Of a DNA stretch of 64,000 nt, positions 1-9,553 are shown one piece after another. Source of the stretch: an uncultured Solirubrobacterales bacterium (GTDB taxonomy: Bacteria > Actinomycetota > Thermoleophilia > Solirubrobacterales > Solirubrobacteraceae); contig CAVYRI010000002.1 in NCBI GenBank assembly GCA_963770885.1, forward strand, positions 29,265 through 93,264. The letters are read 5' to 3'. Within the stretch, counting starts at the first letter, position 1, and each line of letters begins with the position of its first letter. Made by a program: the position numbers and the translations under genes. The notes under the pieces were generated by a model. It did not search any database and was not told the DNA's origin. It saw only the letters and a list, made by a program, of their open reading frames with translations.

Positions 1-88
1 ACGGAAGCTGCGGCCCGCCCGAATTGCCGTCGCGGGGATAGCATCGGCCAATCGACGCACCGACCACCCAAGACAAGGAGAACGCGCG

Positions 89-628
89 ATGGCGATCGAC
101 ACGCTGATGGCATATGTAGGCGTCTACGACAGCCTCGAGGACGCCGAGGCCGACTACGAGCTGGTCAAGGAGCTGCACGTGGAGGCGGGCCTGATCGACG
201 CCTACGACGCGGCGATTGTCGAGCGGACCGCCGACGGCAAGGTCAAGCTCGGCAAGAAGCACGAGACCCCAACCCGCGTCGGCGGCGTGCTCGGCGGTGG
301 CGTCGGCCTGGCGACCGGTCTGGTGGTGGCGCTGTTCCCGTTCGCCGCGATCGGTGGTGGGCTGCTGCTCGGCACGGCCGCCGGTGGGGCGATCCTCGGG
401 TCGGTCGCCGGCCACGCAGCCGCTGGCATGAGCCGCGGCGACCTCAAGGACCTGGGCGAGCAGCTCGACGCCGGACAGGCGGGGCTGGTCGTGGTCGCCG
501 TGTCTGACATGGGTGCCAAGGTGGAGCGGGCGATGAAGCACGCGTCCAAGGTGCAGGAGAAGGAGCTCAAGGCCGACACCGCCGAGATCGAGCGCGACGC
601 GGCGTCCGCCGGGGAGGGCCAGAGCTAG
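89..628 (+). CDS. DUF1269-like glycine-rich membrane protein
   Basis: 179 aa ORF after GGAG; central Gly/Ala hydrophobic stretch (GGVLGGGVGLATGLVVALFPFAAIGGGLLLG) flanked by the DAAIVER..DGKVK and LGEQLDAGQAGLVVV patterns of DUF1269 proteins. Confidence 0.7.
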   Translation: MAIDTLMAYVGVYDSLEDAEADYELVKELHVEAGLIDAYDAAIVERTADGKVKLGKKHETPTRVGGVLGGGVGLATGLVVALFPFAAIGGGLLLGTAAGGAILGSVAGHAAAGMSRGDLKDLGEQLDAGQAGLVVVAVSDMGAKVERAMKHASKVQEKELKADTAEIERDAASAGEGQS

Positions 629-691
629 CGGCTCGGAGGTCGCGCCGGTAGTGTCGCAAGCGACCGGTGGGCAATCGAAAAGGAGAAGGTC

Positions 692-1102
692 ATGTCGCAA
701 GAAGCGGTTGCGAAGCTGCGTGCGGCGTACGACGGATTCGCGCGCCAGGACATGGCCGCGGTCCTGGCCGCGTTTGATGAGCGGATCGAGTGGACGGTCC
801 CCGACGTGCTCCCGTTCGGTGGCGTCTACCGCGGCCACGAAGGCGTCGGAGGCTTCTTCGCCCAGCTACCGGGCTACTTCGAGCAGCTGATCGTCGAGCC
901 ACAGGAGTTCTTCGATGGCGGAGAAGTCATCACGGTCACGATCCGCCTGCGCGGTAAGGGCCCAGGCGGGTCGCTCGACAGCCAGTCACTGCATCTGTGG
1001 CGCATGGGCGACGGCAAGGCCGCGAGCTTCCGTGAATACCCCGACACGGCGGCCCTGCTGCAGGTGATCGGCCACGCGGCGCCGCCTGCCGACGGCGGCT
1101 AA
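692..1102 (+). CDS. NTF2/SnoaL-like domain protein (ketosteroid isomerase-like fold)
   Basis: 136 aa; AAGGAG SD; AYDGFARQD...GGVYRGHEGV..FF...HLWRMGDGK...FREYPDT pattern of SnoaL-like proteins. Confidence 0.8.
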   Translation: MSQEAVAKLRAAYDGFARQDMAAVLAAFDERIEWTVPDVLPFGGVYRGHEGVGGFFAQLPGYFEQLIVEPQEFFDGGEVITVTIRLRGKGPGGSLDSQSLHLWRMGDGKAASFREYPDTAALLQVIGHAAPPADGG

Positions 1103-2223
1103 CCCCAGACTTCGCCGGCGACCTCGACGATCAGCTCGAGCTTGGCGCGCTGCTCGTCGATCGTCAGCTTGTTGCCCTCCTCGGTTGAGGAGAAACCGCA
1201 TTGGGGTGAGAGACAGAGCTGGTCGAGGTCGACGTAGCGCGAGGCCTCATCGATCCTGCGCTTGAGCAGGTCACGGTCCTCGAGCTGCGGCTTCTTGGTC
1301 GTCACCAGCCCGAGCACCACCTGCTTGCCGGGGCCGACGAACCGAAGCGGCTCAAACGTGCCCGAGCGCTCGTCGTCGAACTCGAGGAAGTAGCCGTTGA
1401 CGTTCAGATCACCGAACAGCGCCTCGGCGACGAAGTCATAGCCCCCCTCGGCGACCCACATCGACTGGTTGTTGCCGCGGCAGAGATGCGTGGTGACCAC
1501 CAGGTCATCGGGCTTGGCGGCAAGCGCCCGGTTGATGTTGGCGATGTACTGCTCGTGGAGGTGGTCCGGATCGCCTCCGATCTGCTCGATGTGCTCGCGC
1601 TGGGCAGGATCGTTGATGTAGGCGAGGCTGGTGTCGTCGAGCTGCAGGTAACGGCACCCAAGCTCGTAGACGCCGCGCATCTGCTCTGCGTAAGCGCTCG
1701 TCAGGTCCTCCCAGAACGCGTCGAGCTCCGGGTACACCGACGGGTCGATCGACGAATTGCCGCCCCGGTAGTGGACCATGCTCGGTGACGGGATCGTCAG
1801 CTTCGGGGTCTGGCCGGCGCCCGCATGATCGCGGAGGAACTCAAACGCGTCCGCGAAGATCGTGCCGGGCAGCGTGACCGGCGCGGCGACCCGCATCGCT
1901 GGCGGGCTGTAATCGAACTCCGCGTCGTTGCTCCTGAAGCGGACATGGATGCTCTCACCCTCGGCCTGGGCAACGCCGCCGAGCGAGTAGATGAAGTCCA
2001 TGTGCCACGACGTGCGCCGGAACTCGCCGTCGGTGACCGTTCGCAGTCCCGCCGCGCGCTGGAGCTCGATCACGCCCTCGATCGCCTGATCCTCGACCGC
2101 ACGCAGCGCGGCGGCGTCGATCTCGCCCGCTTTGAACCGCGCGCGGGCCTGCGCCAGCTCCGGCGGCCGCAGCAGACTGCCGACGTGATCGGCACGGAAT
2201 GGGGGTGTGTCACGAGCGGGCGT
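1099..2223 (-). CDS. cobalamin-independent methionine synthase II family protein (MetE catalytic-domain-only type)
   Basis: Conserved N-terminus RADHVGSLLRP lies upstream of the track's GTG start; TDGEFRR, YLQLDD, Zn ligands THLCRGN / FLEFD / SPQCGF; the only codon positioned after the AGGAGG SD is ACG (2223-2221), with in-frame TAG just upstream; 374 aa. Confidence 0.85.
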   Translation of the reverse strand, partial: TPARDTPPFRADHVGSLLRPPELAQARARFKAGEIDAAALRAVEDQAIEGVIELQRAAGLRTVTDGEFRRTSWHMDFIYSLGGVAQAEGESIHVRFRSNDAEFDYSPPAMRVAAPVTLPGTIFADAFEFLRDHAGAGQTPKLTIPSPSMVHYRGGNSSIDPSVYPELDAFWEDLTSAYAEQMRGVYELGCRYLQLDDTSLAYINDPAQREHIEQIGGDPDHLHEQYIANINRALAAKPDDLVVTTHLCRGNNQSMWVAEGGYDFVAEALFGDLNVNGYFLEFDDERSGTFEPLRFVGPGKQVVLGLVTTKKPQLEDRDLLKRRIDEASRYVDLDQLCLSPQCGFSSTEEGNKLTIDEQRAKLELIVEVAGEVWG

Positions 2224-2312
2224 ATCGACCTCCTACCGACGACTCAAAACCGGAGCTCAACCATACCCGCGGGTCGCCAAGCGCCTCGCGGATCGCGGTG
2301 TAGCCTCGAACG

Positions 2313-3593
2313 ATGGTCTCGAAGTACCGCTCAGTCCTGTCCGTGCCCGGATCGCTGGCGCTGATCCTCAGCGCGCTCGTCGGCCGGCTGCCGCTCGGGA
2401 TGTCCTCGCTGGCGATGCTGCTGCTCGTGCGCGAGACCCATCATTCATACGCGGTCGCGGGCCTTGTGGTCGGCGCCTACGCGCTGGCGAGCGCCGCCGC
2501 GGCTCCGCTCCAGGGGCGTCTGGTCGACGGCTTTGGCCGCACGCGCGTGCTCGTGCCGTGCGCGTTCGGGCAGGCGCTGATGCTGGTCGCCTTCGTGCTC
2601 GCCGCGTCAGCGGATGCCAGCGGCACGGCGCTCGTGCCGCTGGCGGCGCTCACCGGCGCGTTCGCGCCGCCGGTGCCGGCCACCGCCCGGGCCCTGCTGC
2701 GCGAGGTGTATCGCGACCCAGCCGTCCGCGACACTGCCTACGCGCTGGACTCGGTCGTGCAGGAGGTCGTCTGGATCAGCGGTCCGCTGGTGGTCGCGCT
2801 GGTGGTGAGCGTCAGCTCGCCCGACGTGGCGGTGCTGCTGGTCGCCGCCGTCTGCGTGGTGGGGACCTTGCTGTTCGTCCGCTCGCCGCTCGCGCGCCGC
2901 TCAGACAGGCCCGTGCACCATGAGCAGCGGTCGGCTGTGCGCTCCAACCGCGCGTTGCGGGCGCTGCTCGCGCCGGTCTTCCTGCTCGGCGCGGGACTGG
3001 GCGCGATCGAGGTTGGGCTGCCCTCACTCGCGCTGCACGCCGGGTCGAGGCCAGCCACGGGGCTGCTGCTCGCGTTGTGGAGCGTCGGCAGCGTGATCGG
3101 CGGACTCTGGTACGGCGCCCGCGTGTGGAGCTCGTCGCTGACGGGCCGCTACCGGATGCTGATCCTCGCGGCGGTGGCCTGCTCGGTGCCGCTGGTCTTC
3201 GCGCGTACGATCCCCGAGGGCGCGGTCGCCAGCCTGCTGGCGGGCCTGACGACCGCTCCGGTGTTCTCGAGCCAGTATGCGCTGGTCGGCAGGGTCGTCC
3301 AGCGGGGCAGCGAGAACGAGGCGTTCACGTGGATCTCGGCGGCACTGGTGGCCGGGATCGCGGCCGGCTCGGCGATCGGCGGCGTGGTGATCGCGGCCGC
3401 CGGCGTCAGCGCTCCGTTCATCGTCTCGTGTCTGGCTACGGCGCTCGCCGCGGCGATGTCACTGCGAACGCACGAGCCGGCGGCGGACGTTCAGGGCCTG
3501 TCCGGCGCCACGAGCGCCGCGGCGTTCGGCCCGGTGCCCGACGCCGGGGCGCTCACAGCAGCGCCAGCTGAGGCCCAGTCCAGCCGGCGCTGA
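2313..3593 (+). CDS. MFS transporter
   Basis: 426 aa, about 12 hydrophobic segments, MFS motif A GRLVDGFGRTRV; TAGCCT -10-like hexamer 6 nt before ATG. Confidence 0.85.
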   Translation: MVSKYRSVLSVPGSLALILSALVGRLPLGMSSLAMLLLVRETHHSYAVAGLVVGAYALASAAAAPLQGRLVDGFGRTRVLVPCAFGQALMLVAFVLAASADASGTALVPLAALTGAFAPPVPATARALLREVYRDPAVRDTAYALDSVVQEVVWISGPLVVALVVSVSSPDVAVLLVAAVCVVGTLLFVRSPLARRSDRPVHHEQRSAVRSNRALRALLAPVFLLGAGLGAIEVGLPSLALHAGSRPATGLLLALWSVGSVIGGLWYGARVWSSSLTGRYRMLILAAVACSVPLVFARTIPEGAVASLLAGLTTAPVFSSQYALVGRVVQRGSENEAFTWISAALVAGIAAGSAIGGVVIAAAGVSAPFIVSCLATALAAAMSLRTHEPAADVQGLSGATSAAAFGPVPDAGALTAAPAEAQSSRR

Positions 3594-4104
3594 GCGCCTC
3601 GCGCCGGCCGCCGGACGCCTCGAAGTCAAGCAGCGCTCGCTTGCGGTGCAGCCCGCCGCCGTACCCGGTCAGCGAGCCGTCGGCGCCGATCACCCGGTGG
3701 CAGGGGACGATGATCGGAATTGGCGTCTGCCCGACCGCCCAGCCGACAGCGCGAGGCTCGACCGTGCGTCCGCCGCGTTCGGCAGTCAGCTCGCGCGCGA
3801 TCGTTCCGTAGGTCGTGGTTGCGCCGTATGGGATCTCGAGCAGCGCCGCCCAGACCCGCCGCGCGAACGCGGCCCCCGACGGATCGAGATCGAGCGTCAG
3901 ATCGAAGCTCCGCAGCTCGCCGGCGAAGTAGGCGTCGAGTTGTTCGGCGGCCGCCGTAAGCGTTGCGTCAGCCGGATTCCCGTACTGCTCGCGCTTGCTC
4001 GGGCCGCGGCGCGGGAAGTGAAGGGCCCGGAGTCCCTGCTCGCCGGTCACGAGGGTCAGTGCCCCGATCGGGCTCTCATAGATCGTGAAGCTCATGGTCC
4101 TCAT
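3553..4104 (-). CDS. ogt: methylated-DNA--[protein]-cysteine S-methyltransferase
   Basis: ESPIGALTL N-terminus, IPYGATTTYG, active site IVPCHRVIGADGSLTGYGGGL; ATG at 4104 overlaps upstream stop (ATGA). Confidence 0.93.
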   Translation of the reverse strand: MRTMSFTIYESPIGALTLVTGEQGLRALHFPRRGPSKREQYGNPADATLTAAAEQLDAYFAGELRSFDLTLDLDPSGAAFARRVWAALLEIPYGATTTYGTIARELTAERGGRTVEPRAVGWAVGQTPIPIIVPCHRVIGADGSLTGYGGGLHRKRALLDFEASGGRREALSAGWTGPQLALL

Positions 4105-4815
4105 TTCGAGTCGTGGAAGATGATGCCGAGCGCCGTCCGCTCGCCGCTCGTTACGGTGCTGACGCCGTGGCGCAGCGCGACGCGATGGTGTCCCCGAGCG
4201 CCCGGGTTCGGGCGCTCCCGCGTCGGGAAGATCACAAACGCCCCGCGCTCCGGGGTCAGCACGTGAGCTCGGCTCTGCGCCCGCGGCCGCTGCTCGAGCA
4301 GAACGAATTCGCCGCCGCAGAAGTCGACCGTGGGGGCCGAGAGAACGGTCACGACCTGCAGCGGGAAGTACACGTCCCCGTAGAGGTCCTGGTGCAGCGC
4401 GTTCCAATCCCCGGCGCGATAGCGGAGCAGCAACGGCGTCGGCCGTGTCTGGCCTGCATCCCGGCAGCGCCCGAGCAGCTCCGAATGCGACGCGGGGAAG
4501 GTGAGACGATCGCCTGACAGCTGCATCGCCCAGCGGTTGGCGACCGGCGCCAGATGCTCATAGAACGCGCGACGGGCGGTCTGGATCGGGTCCGGCAAGG
4601 GGTGTGAGAAGTACCGGTAACGGCCCTCGCCGAAGCGGTGGCGGGCCATCTCGACGGTGGATCGAAAGCCGTCACCAGTCGAACAGCGCCGCCAGGCCTT
4701 CGCACTCAGCGAGGCTCAGCACGGGTGGTGTGATCGCAAAGCCGCGATCATCGAGCGCTTCGGACAACGCCTCCCAATCCAGTGCGTGGACGCGGCCTGC
4801 AAGGTCGGTGGTCAT
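4101..4815 (-). pseudogene. 2OG-Fe(II) oxygenase (DUF2086-like), interrupted by a +1 frameshift near 4677 (true lesion or sequencing error)
   Basis: Frame 1 from ATG 4815 gives MTTDLAGRVHALDWEALSEALDDRGFAITPPVLSLAECEGLAALFD then TGA; next frame continues GDGFRSTVEMARHRFG...TPLLLRY...NALHQDLYG...RHGVS...LGIIFHD (HxD...H triad). Confidence 0.8.
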
Positions 4816-4857
4816 GCCCGTATAACGACCGGCGGCGACGATCCGTGAGATCGACGG

Positions 4858-5412
4858 TCAGACCGCGCGCACCGGCCGGCAGGGAGCGCCGACGCACAGG
4901 TGCCGTGACGGCAGGTCGCGAGTGACGACGCTGCCGGCGCCGACGACCGTGCCCGCTCCGATCGTGACCCCGCCGCACACGATCACCCCGGCAGCGAGCC
5001 AGGCGTCGTCGCAGACGGTGATCGGGGCCGCGACCTCATAGCGGGTGCGCCGCTCCTCGGGATTCAGCGGGTGGTTGGGCGTCACGAGCTGGACACGGGG
5101 GCCGATCTGGACGTCGTTGCCGATCCGGACGAGCGCCGAATCGAGGATCACGGCGCCGAAGTTGATGAACGTCCGCGCGCCGACCTCGATCTGGTAGCCG
5201 TAGTCACAGACGAACGGGGACAGGACCTCGCTCTCCTCGCCCAGATCTCCGAGCAGTTCGCGCAGGATCGATGCTCGCTGTTCTGGCTCGCCGGCGCTGA
5301 TCTCATTCAGCTGCTGAACCACCACCCGGCAGCGTCGACGATCGGCCAGCAGCTCCTCGTCGTCGGCGTCATAGGGATCGCCGCCCAGCATCCGTTCCTT
5401 GTGCGTCGGCAC
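4858..5412 (-). CDS. sugar O-acetyltransferase (maltose O-acetyltransferase family, hexapeptide repeat)
   Basis: KERMLGGDPYD N-terminus, CDYGYQI, hexapeptide repeats, GAGSVVTRDLP...GAPCR. Confidence 0.9.
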   Translation of the reverse strand: MPTHKERMLGGDPYDADDEELLADRRRCRVVVQQLNEISAGEPEQRASILRELLGDLGEESEVLSPFVCDYGYQIEVGARTFINFGAVILDSALVRIGNDVQIGPRVQLVTPNHPLNPEERRTRYEVAAPITVCDDAWLAAGVIVCGGVTIGAGTVVGAGSVVTRDLPSRHLCVGAPCRPVRAV

Positions 5413-5474
5413 GCGGCAATCCTCGCATCCGCAGCGGTGGGCCGGCCGTCACGGGCTCGCGCCCGGAGTGCCGC

Positions 5475-6156
5475 TCAGATGACGAACGTGCCCAGCTTGG
5501 TCACGAACCGTGGCGACGCGGTCTTGCTGTAACGCCGCGAGTCGTCGATCTGGACGCCGTAGCTGTTGAAGTGGGGGTGCCCGCCGGGGAACAGCCGAGC
5601 CTTGACCTTGAGCAGCCCGCACGGTCCGTGCGCGCGACCGAACCTGGCGAACGCCACCTGCTTGTGGTGGATGTAGTGCCCGAAGATCGGCTTGTCGGGC
5701 CTGAACCCGGAGAAGTACCACGTGACCTTGCGAGACAGCGGCGCCTGCTCGGGCTTGGTCGCCACCGACAGAGGGGCCGCGAGCAGTTGCGTCGTGGCGA
5801 CGAGCGAGCGCGCCTCGAGATCGGTAGCGGTGAGCGTGACGGTCTTCTCGCCGGGGTGTTTGAAGGCCGGGCCGAGGGGCGCCGGTGGTGGTCTCAATCG
5901 TCCCGGTCGCGGTGGCCGTTACGGTGCTGTCGACCGAGCCGTCGCTGCTGGTGATCGTGACCTGGTCACCCGGGGTGAAGCCCGACCCGATGACCGTCAT
6001 CTGGGCCTGGACCGCGGTCGTGCTCACGTAGCAGTGGTTGTCGACGCTGATCGTCGCCGCCGAGGCCTGTGCGCTCGCCACAGCCGGGGTCAAAAGAACT
6101 GCGCCACCGATCAGCAACCGCTCGACGCGGCGGCGTGCAACGCCCCAACTAGCCAT
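5475..6156 (-). pseudogene. secreted hypothetical protein, split by a +1 frameshift near 5876-5879
   Basis: ATG 6156 after AGGGAG; signal-peptide-like N-terminus (RRRVERLLIGGAVLLTPAVASAQASA), beta-rich body continues in a second frame (LGPAFKHPGEKTVTLTATD...VTWYFSGFRP...GPCG) to stop at 5475; shift sits in a 4-nt G/C run. Confidence 0.6.
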
Positions 6157-6234
6157 CTCCGTCTCCCTACTCGTGGTTTGCGAGTGCTGCCGGCCGCGCG
6201 CGAAGTCTAGCGGCCATGCGGGCGGGGATTTACG

Positions 6235-6266
6235 TTGACGCGGCTGACCTGCATCTGATATATCAG
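6235..6266 (+). promoter_or_regulatory. sigma70-type promoter overlapped by perfect palindrome CTGATATATCAG (candidate GntR operator)
   Basis: TTGACG 6235-6240, AT-rich -10 region 6258-6264, palindrome 6255-6266, ATG at 6273. Confidence 0.7.
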
Positions 6267-6272
6267 GCACCC

Positions 6273-8801
6273 ATGGCATCTGACTCCAGGCAGCTGCCTG
6301 CGACCCAGAGCGTCGTCGTGATCGGCGCCGGAATCGTGGGCAACAGCGTTGCGTATCACCTCACGCAGTTGGGCGAAACCGAGATCACGCTGATCGACAA
6401 GGGGCCGCTGCCCAACCCCGGCGGCTCCACCGGCCACGCCTCGAACTTCATCTTTCCGGTCGACCACTCCAAGGAGATGACCTCACTGACGCTCGAGAGC
6501 ATGCGTCAGTACAGGGAGCTCGACGTGTTCCTCGAGTGCGGCGGGATCGAGGTCGCGCGGACGCAGGAGCGGATGCAAGAGCTGACACGGCGGATCGTGT
6601 CGGCCAAGACCTGGGGAATCGAGCCTGTGTCGCTGCTCACTCCGGCCGAGATCAAGGAGCTGGTGCCGTTCATCGACGAACAGCTGTTGCTGGGCGGCTT
6701 CTACACCCCGGGCGCAGGAGTGGTCGACTCGCTTCAGGCGGCGACGATCATGCGCGAGCGTGCGCAGGCCGCCGGCATGACCATCGCGGCCAACACCGAG
6801 GTGCTCGGGCTCGACGTCGAGCAGGGAACGATCCGTCGCGTGCGGACCGATCGCGGCGATATCGAGGCCGACCGGGTGGTAATCGCATGCGGCTGCTGGA
6901 GTCCGCGGATCGCGCGGATGGCGGGAGCGAACATACCGCTGACCCCTGCCGTGCACCAGATGATCGACATCGGGCCGGCGCCGCGGTTCGCCGATGCCAA
7001 GGCGCTGGTCGAATACCCGATCGTGCGCGACATGGACACCAACATGTACGAGCGCCAGGACGGCAGCGGGCTCGAGATCGGCTCCTACGCGCACCGGGCG
7101 ATCATGATGGACGCCGACGACATCCCCTCGATCGAGGAGTCGGCGCTGAGCCCGACCGAGCTGCCGTTCACGCAGGCCGACTTCGAGCTGCAGATGGAGC
7201 AGGCGCTCGAGCTGATGCCGGAGATCGTCGGCGACGAGACCGTCGGCCAGCGATACGCGATCAACGGCCTGCTGTCGGTGACGCTCGACGGAATGCCGCT
7301 GATCGGCGAGACGCCGGAGGTCAAGGGGCTGTGGTCGGCGGCGGCGATCTGGATCAAGGAGGGTCCGGGTGCCGGCAAGACGGTCGCCGAACTGATCGTG
7401 CGCGGCGAGTCGGAGATCGACGTCTATGAGTCCAACATCGCACGCGCGTACCCACACCAGAAGACCAAGGCGCACATCCAGGCCCGCGCCGGCGAGGGTT
7501 TCAACAAGATGTACGGGATCGTCCACCCGTCCGAGCAGTGGGAGTCAGACCGGCGGGTCAAGTTGCCGCCGTACTACGAGCGCGAGCAGGAGCTGGGCGC
7601 GGTCTTCTACGAGGCGGCAGGATGGGAGCGGCCCCAGTGGTATGAGTCAAACGCCCCGTTGCTCGAGGAGTACAGCGACCGGATCAACCGCCGGGAGTCA
7701 GAGTGGGAGGCTCGCTGGTGGTCACCGATCATCAACGCGGAGCATCTCGCGATGCGCGACCGGGCGGCGTACACCGACCTGACCGCATTCGCGATCTTCG
7801 ACATCACCGGACCGGGTGCCCTGGACGCGGTCCAGCGGATCGCGATGCGCCAGATGAACGTCGCCGTGGGCCGGGTCGTGTACACGCCGGTGCTGACGCC
7901 CAGCGGTGGCTTCAAGGCGGACCTGACGATCATGCGGATCGCCGATGACGTGTTCCGCGTCGTCACCGGTGGCGCATGGGGGATGTCTGACCTGAAGTGG
8001 TTCAAGGACCATCTGCCCGCCGACGGCAGCGCTCAGGTCCACGACCAGACGAACGCGTGGACGACGCTCGGGCTATGGGGTCCGCGGGCGCGGGACATCC
8101 TCTCGAGCGTGACCGGCGGCGACGTCTCGAACGACGGGTTCCCGTTCGCGACCTTCAAGGCGCTCGAGGTGGGCCCGCTGGAGGTGATCGCCTCACGGAT
8201 CTCCTACGTCGGTGATCTCGGCTGGGAGCTGTACGCGCCGATCGAGCAGGGCGCAAGGCTGTGGGACATCGTCGCCGAGGCGGGCCTCCCGCACGGTGCG
8301 GTGCCGATGGGGGCGGGCGTCTATGGCACAACCGGGCGGCTGGAGAAGTGCTACCGCGCCTACGGTGCCGAGCTCGAGGGCGAGTACAACGTGGTCGAGG
8401 CCGGGATGGCGTGGGGCAAGGTCAAGGACCAGGAGTTCATCGGCAAGCAGGCCCATGTCGGTCACCGCGAGGCCCCACCGGCGGCGAGCATGTGCACGCT
8501 GACTGTCGATGACCACAGCTCGAAGTCGGGCGTCAAGCGCTACATGCTCGGCGGCGAGCCGATCCTGACCGCGGGCGGTGACCCGATCACGGACGCCCAC
8601 GGGCGTCGCTCGTACGTGACCAGCGCCGGCGCCGGCCCGTCGGTGGGCAAGCACATCCTGATGAGCTACCTGCCTCCCGAGCACGCCAATGCGGGCGAGC
8701 AACTGCTGGTCCAGTACATGGGCGAGCAGTATCCGGTCACGGTCGCGGTCGCCGGCTCGACGCCGATCTTCGATCCCGACAACTCGCGGGTTCGCGCATG
8801 A
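6273..8801 (+). CDS. dimethylglycine/sarcosine dehydrogenase family flavoprotein (DAO + GcvT domains)
   Basis: GAGIVG FAD motif, GGSTGHAS (His at the covalent-flavin position of DMG oxidase), ISYVGDLGWELY and C-terminal GcvT folate-binding domains; 842 aa; followed by etf genes. Confidence 0.88.
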   Translation: MASDSRQLPATQSVVVIGAGIVGNSVAYHLTQLGETEITLIDKGPLPNPGGSTGHASNFIFPVDHSKEMTSLTLESMRQYRELDVFLECGGIEVARTQERMQELTRRIVSAKTWGIEPVSLLTPAEIKELVPFIDEQLLLGGFYTPGAGVVDSLQAATIMRERAQAAGMTIAANTEVLGLDVEQGTIRRVRTDRGDIEADRVVIACGCWSPRIARMAGANIPLTPAVHQMIDIGPAPRFADAKALVEYPIVRDMDTNMYERQDGSGLEIGSYAHRAIMMDADDIPSIEESALSPTELPFTQADFELQMEQALELMPEIVGDETVGQRYAINGLLSVTLDGMPLIGETPEVKGLWSAAAIWIKEGPGAGKTVAELIVRGESEIDVYESNIARAYPHQKTKAHIQARAGEGFNKMYGIVHPSEQWESDRRVKLPPYYEREQELGAVFYEAAGWERPQWYESNAPLLEEYSDRINRRESEWEARWWSPIINAEHLAMRDRAAYTDLTAFAIFDITGPGALDAVQRIAMRQMNVAVGRVVYTPVLTPSGGFKADLTIMRIADDVFRVVTGGAWGMSDLKWFKDHLPADGSAQVHDQTNAWTTLGLWGPRARDILSSVTGGDVSNDGFPFATFKALEVGPLEVIASRISYVGDLGWELYAPIEQGARLWDIVAEAGLPHGAVPMGAGVYGTTGRLEKCYRAYGAELEGEYNVVEAGMAWGKVKDQEFIGKQAHVGHREAPPAASMCTLTVDDHSSKSGVKRYMLGGEPILTAGGDPITDAHGRRSYVTSAGAGPSVGKHILMSYLPPEHANAGEQLLVQYMGEQYPVTVAVAGSTPIFDPDNSRVRA

Positions 8802-9553
8802 ACATCCTCGTCTGCGTCAAGCGCGTCCCGCTGACCGGCGGCAAGATCACGCTGACCGACGATGCGCAGGCGATCCAGACGCGCCACCTCGGGTTCACGA
8901 TCAGCCCGCACGAGGAATGCGGCGCCGAGGAGGCAGTGCGGCTGGTCGAGCAGCACGGAGGCTCGTCGACGGTCCTCACGCTCGGCCCCGCGGAGGCCGA
9001 GGAGCAGCTGCGCGACATGATGGCGATCGGGATCGACCGTGGCATTCACCTGATCAGCGACGGTGGCGAGTGGGACCCGCAGGCGACTGCGGGCGCGATC
9101 GTCGCGGCGATCAAGTCCGACAGCGAGAGCTACGACCTGATCCTGTTCGGCAACGAGTCGGCCGACGCGGGCAACTACCAGGTCGCGATCCGGGTCGCCC
9201 AAGCGCTCGGACTGCCGTGCGTCAACGGCGTCAAGGGGATCGCGGTGGACGGTCAGCAGCTGCGCTGCGAGCAGGAGGTCGCGGGCGGCCGGGACGTCTA
9301 TCTGATCCCGATGCCGGCCGTCGTGAGCGTCAAGGAAGGGCTCAACCTGCCGCGCTACCCGTCGGTACCGGGCCGGCTGCGCGCCAAGCGCAAGCCGCTT
9401 GACGTCTCGACGCCGCAGCGCCCCGAGAGCCGGCTGGAGATGGTGCGCCTCGTGCTGCCGCAGACCGCCAGCAAGGAGGCCGAGGTGCTCGGCACGGGCC
9501 CAGAGGCAGCGCCGGCGGTGGTCAGAGTGCTGCAGGAGATCGGGGTCGTGTGA
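8798..9553 (+). CDS. etfB: electron transfer flavoprotein subunit beta
   Basis: MNILVCVKRVP, MAIGIDRG, LILFGNESAD, NLPRYPS; ATGA overlap with upstream gene. Confidence 0.92.
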   Translation: MNILVCVKRVPLTGGKITLTDDAQAIQTRHLGFTISPHEECGAEEAVRLVEQHGGSSTVLTLGPAEAEEQLRDMMAIGIDRGIHLISDGGEWDPQATAGAIVAAIKSDSESYDLILFGNESADAGNYQVAIRVAQALGLPCVNGVKGIAVDGQQLRCEQEVAGGRDVYLIPMPAVVSVKEGLNLPRYPSVPGRLRAKRKPLDVSTPQRPESRLEMVRLVLPQTASKEAEVLGTGPEAAPAVVRVLQEIGVV

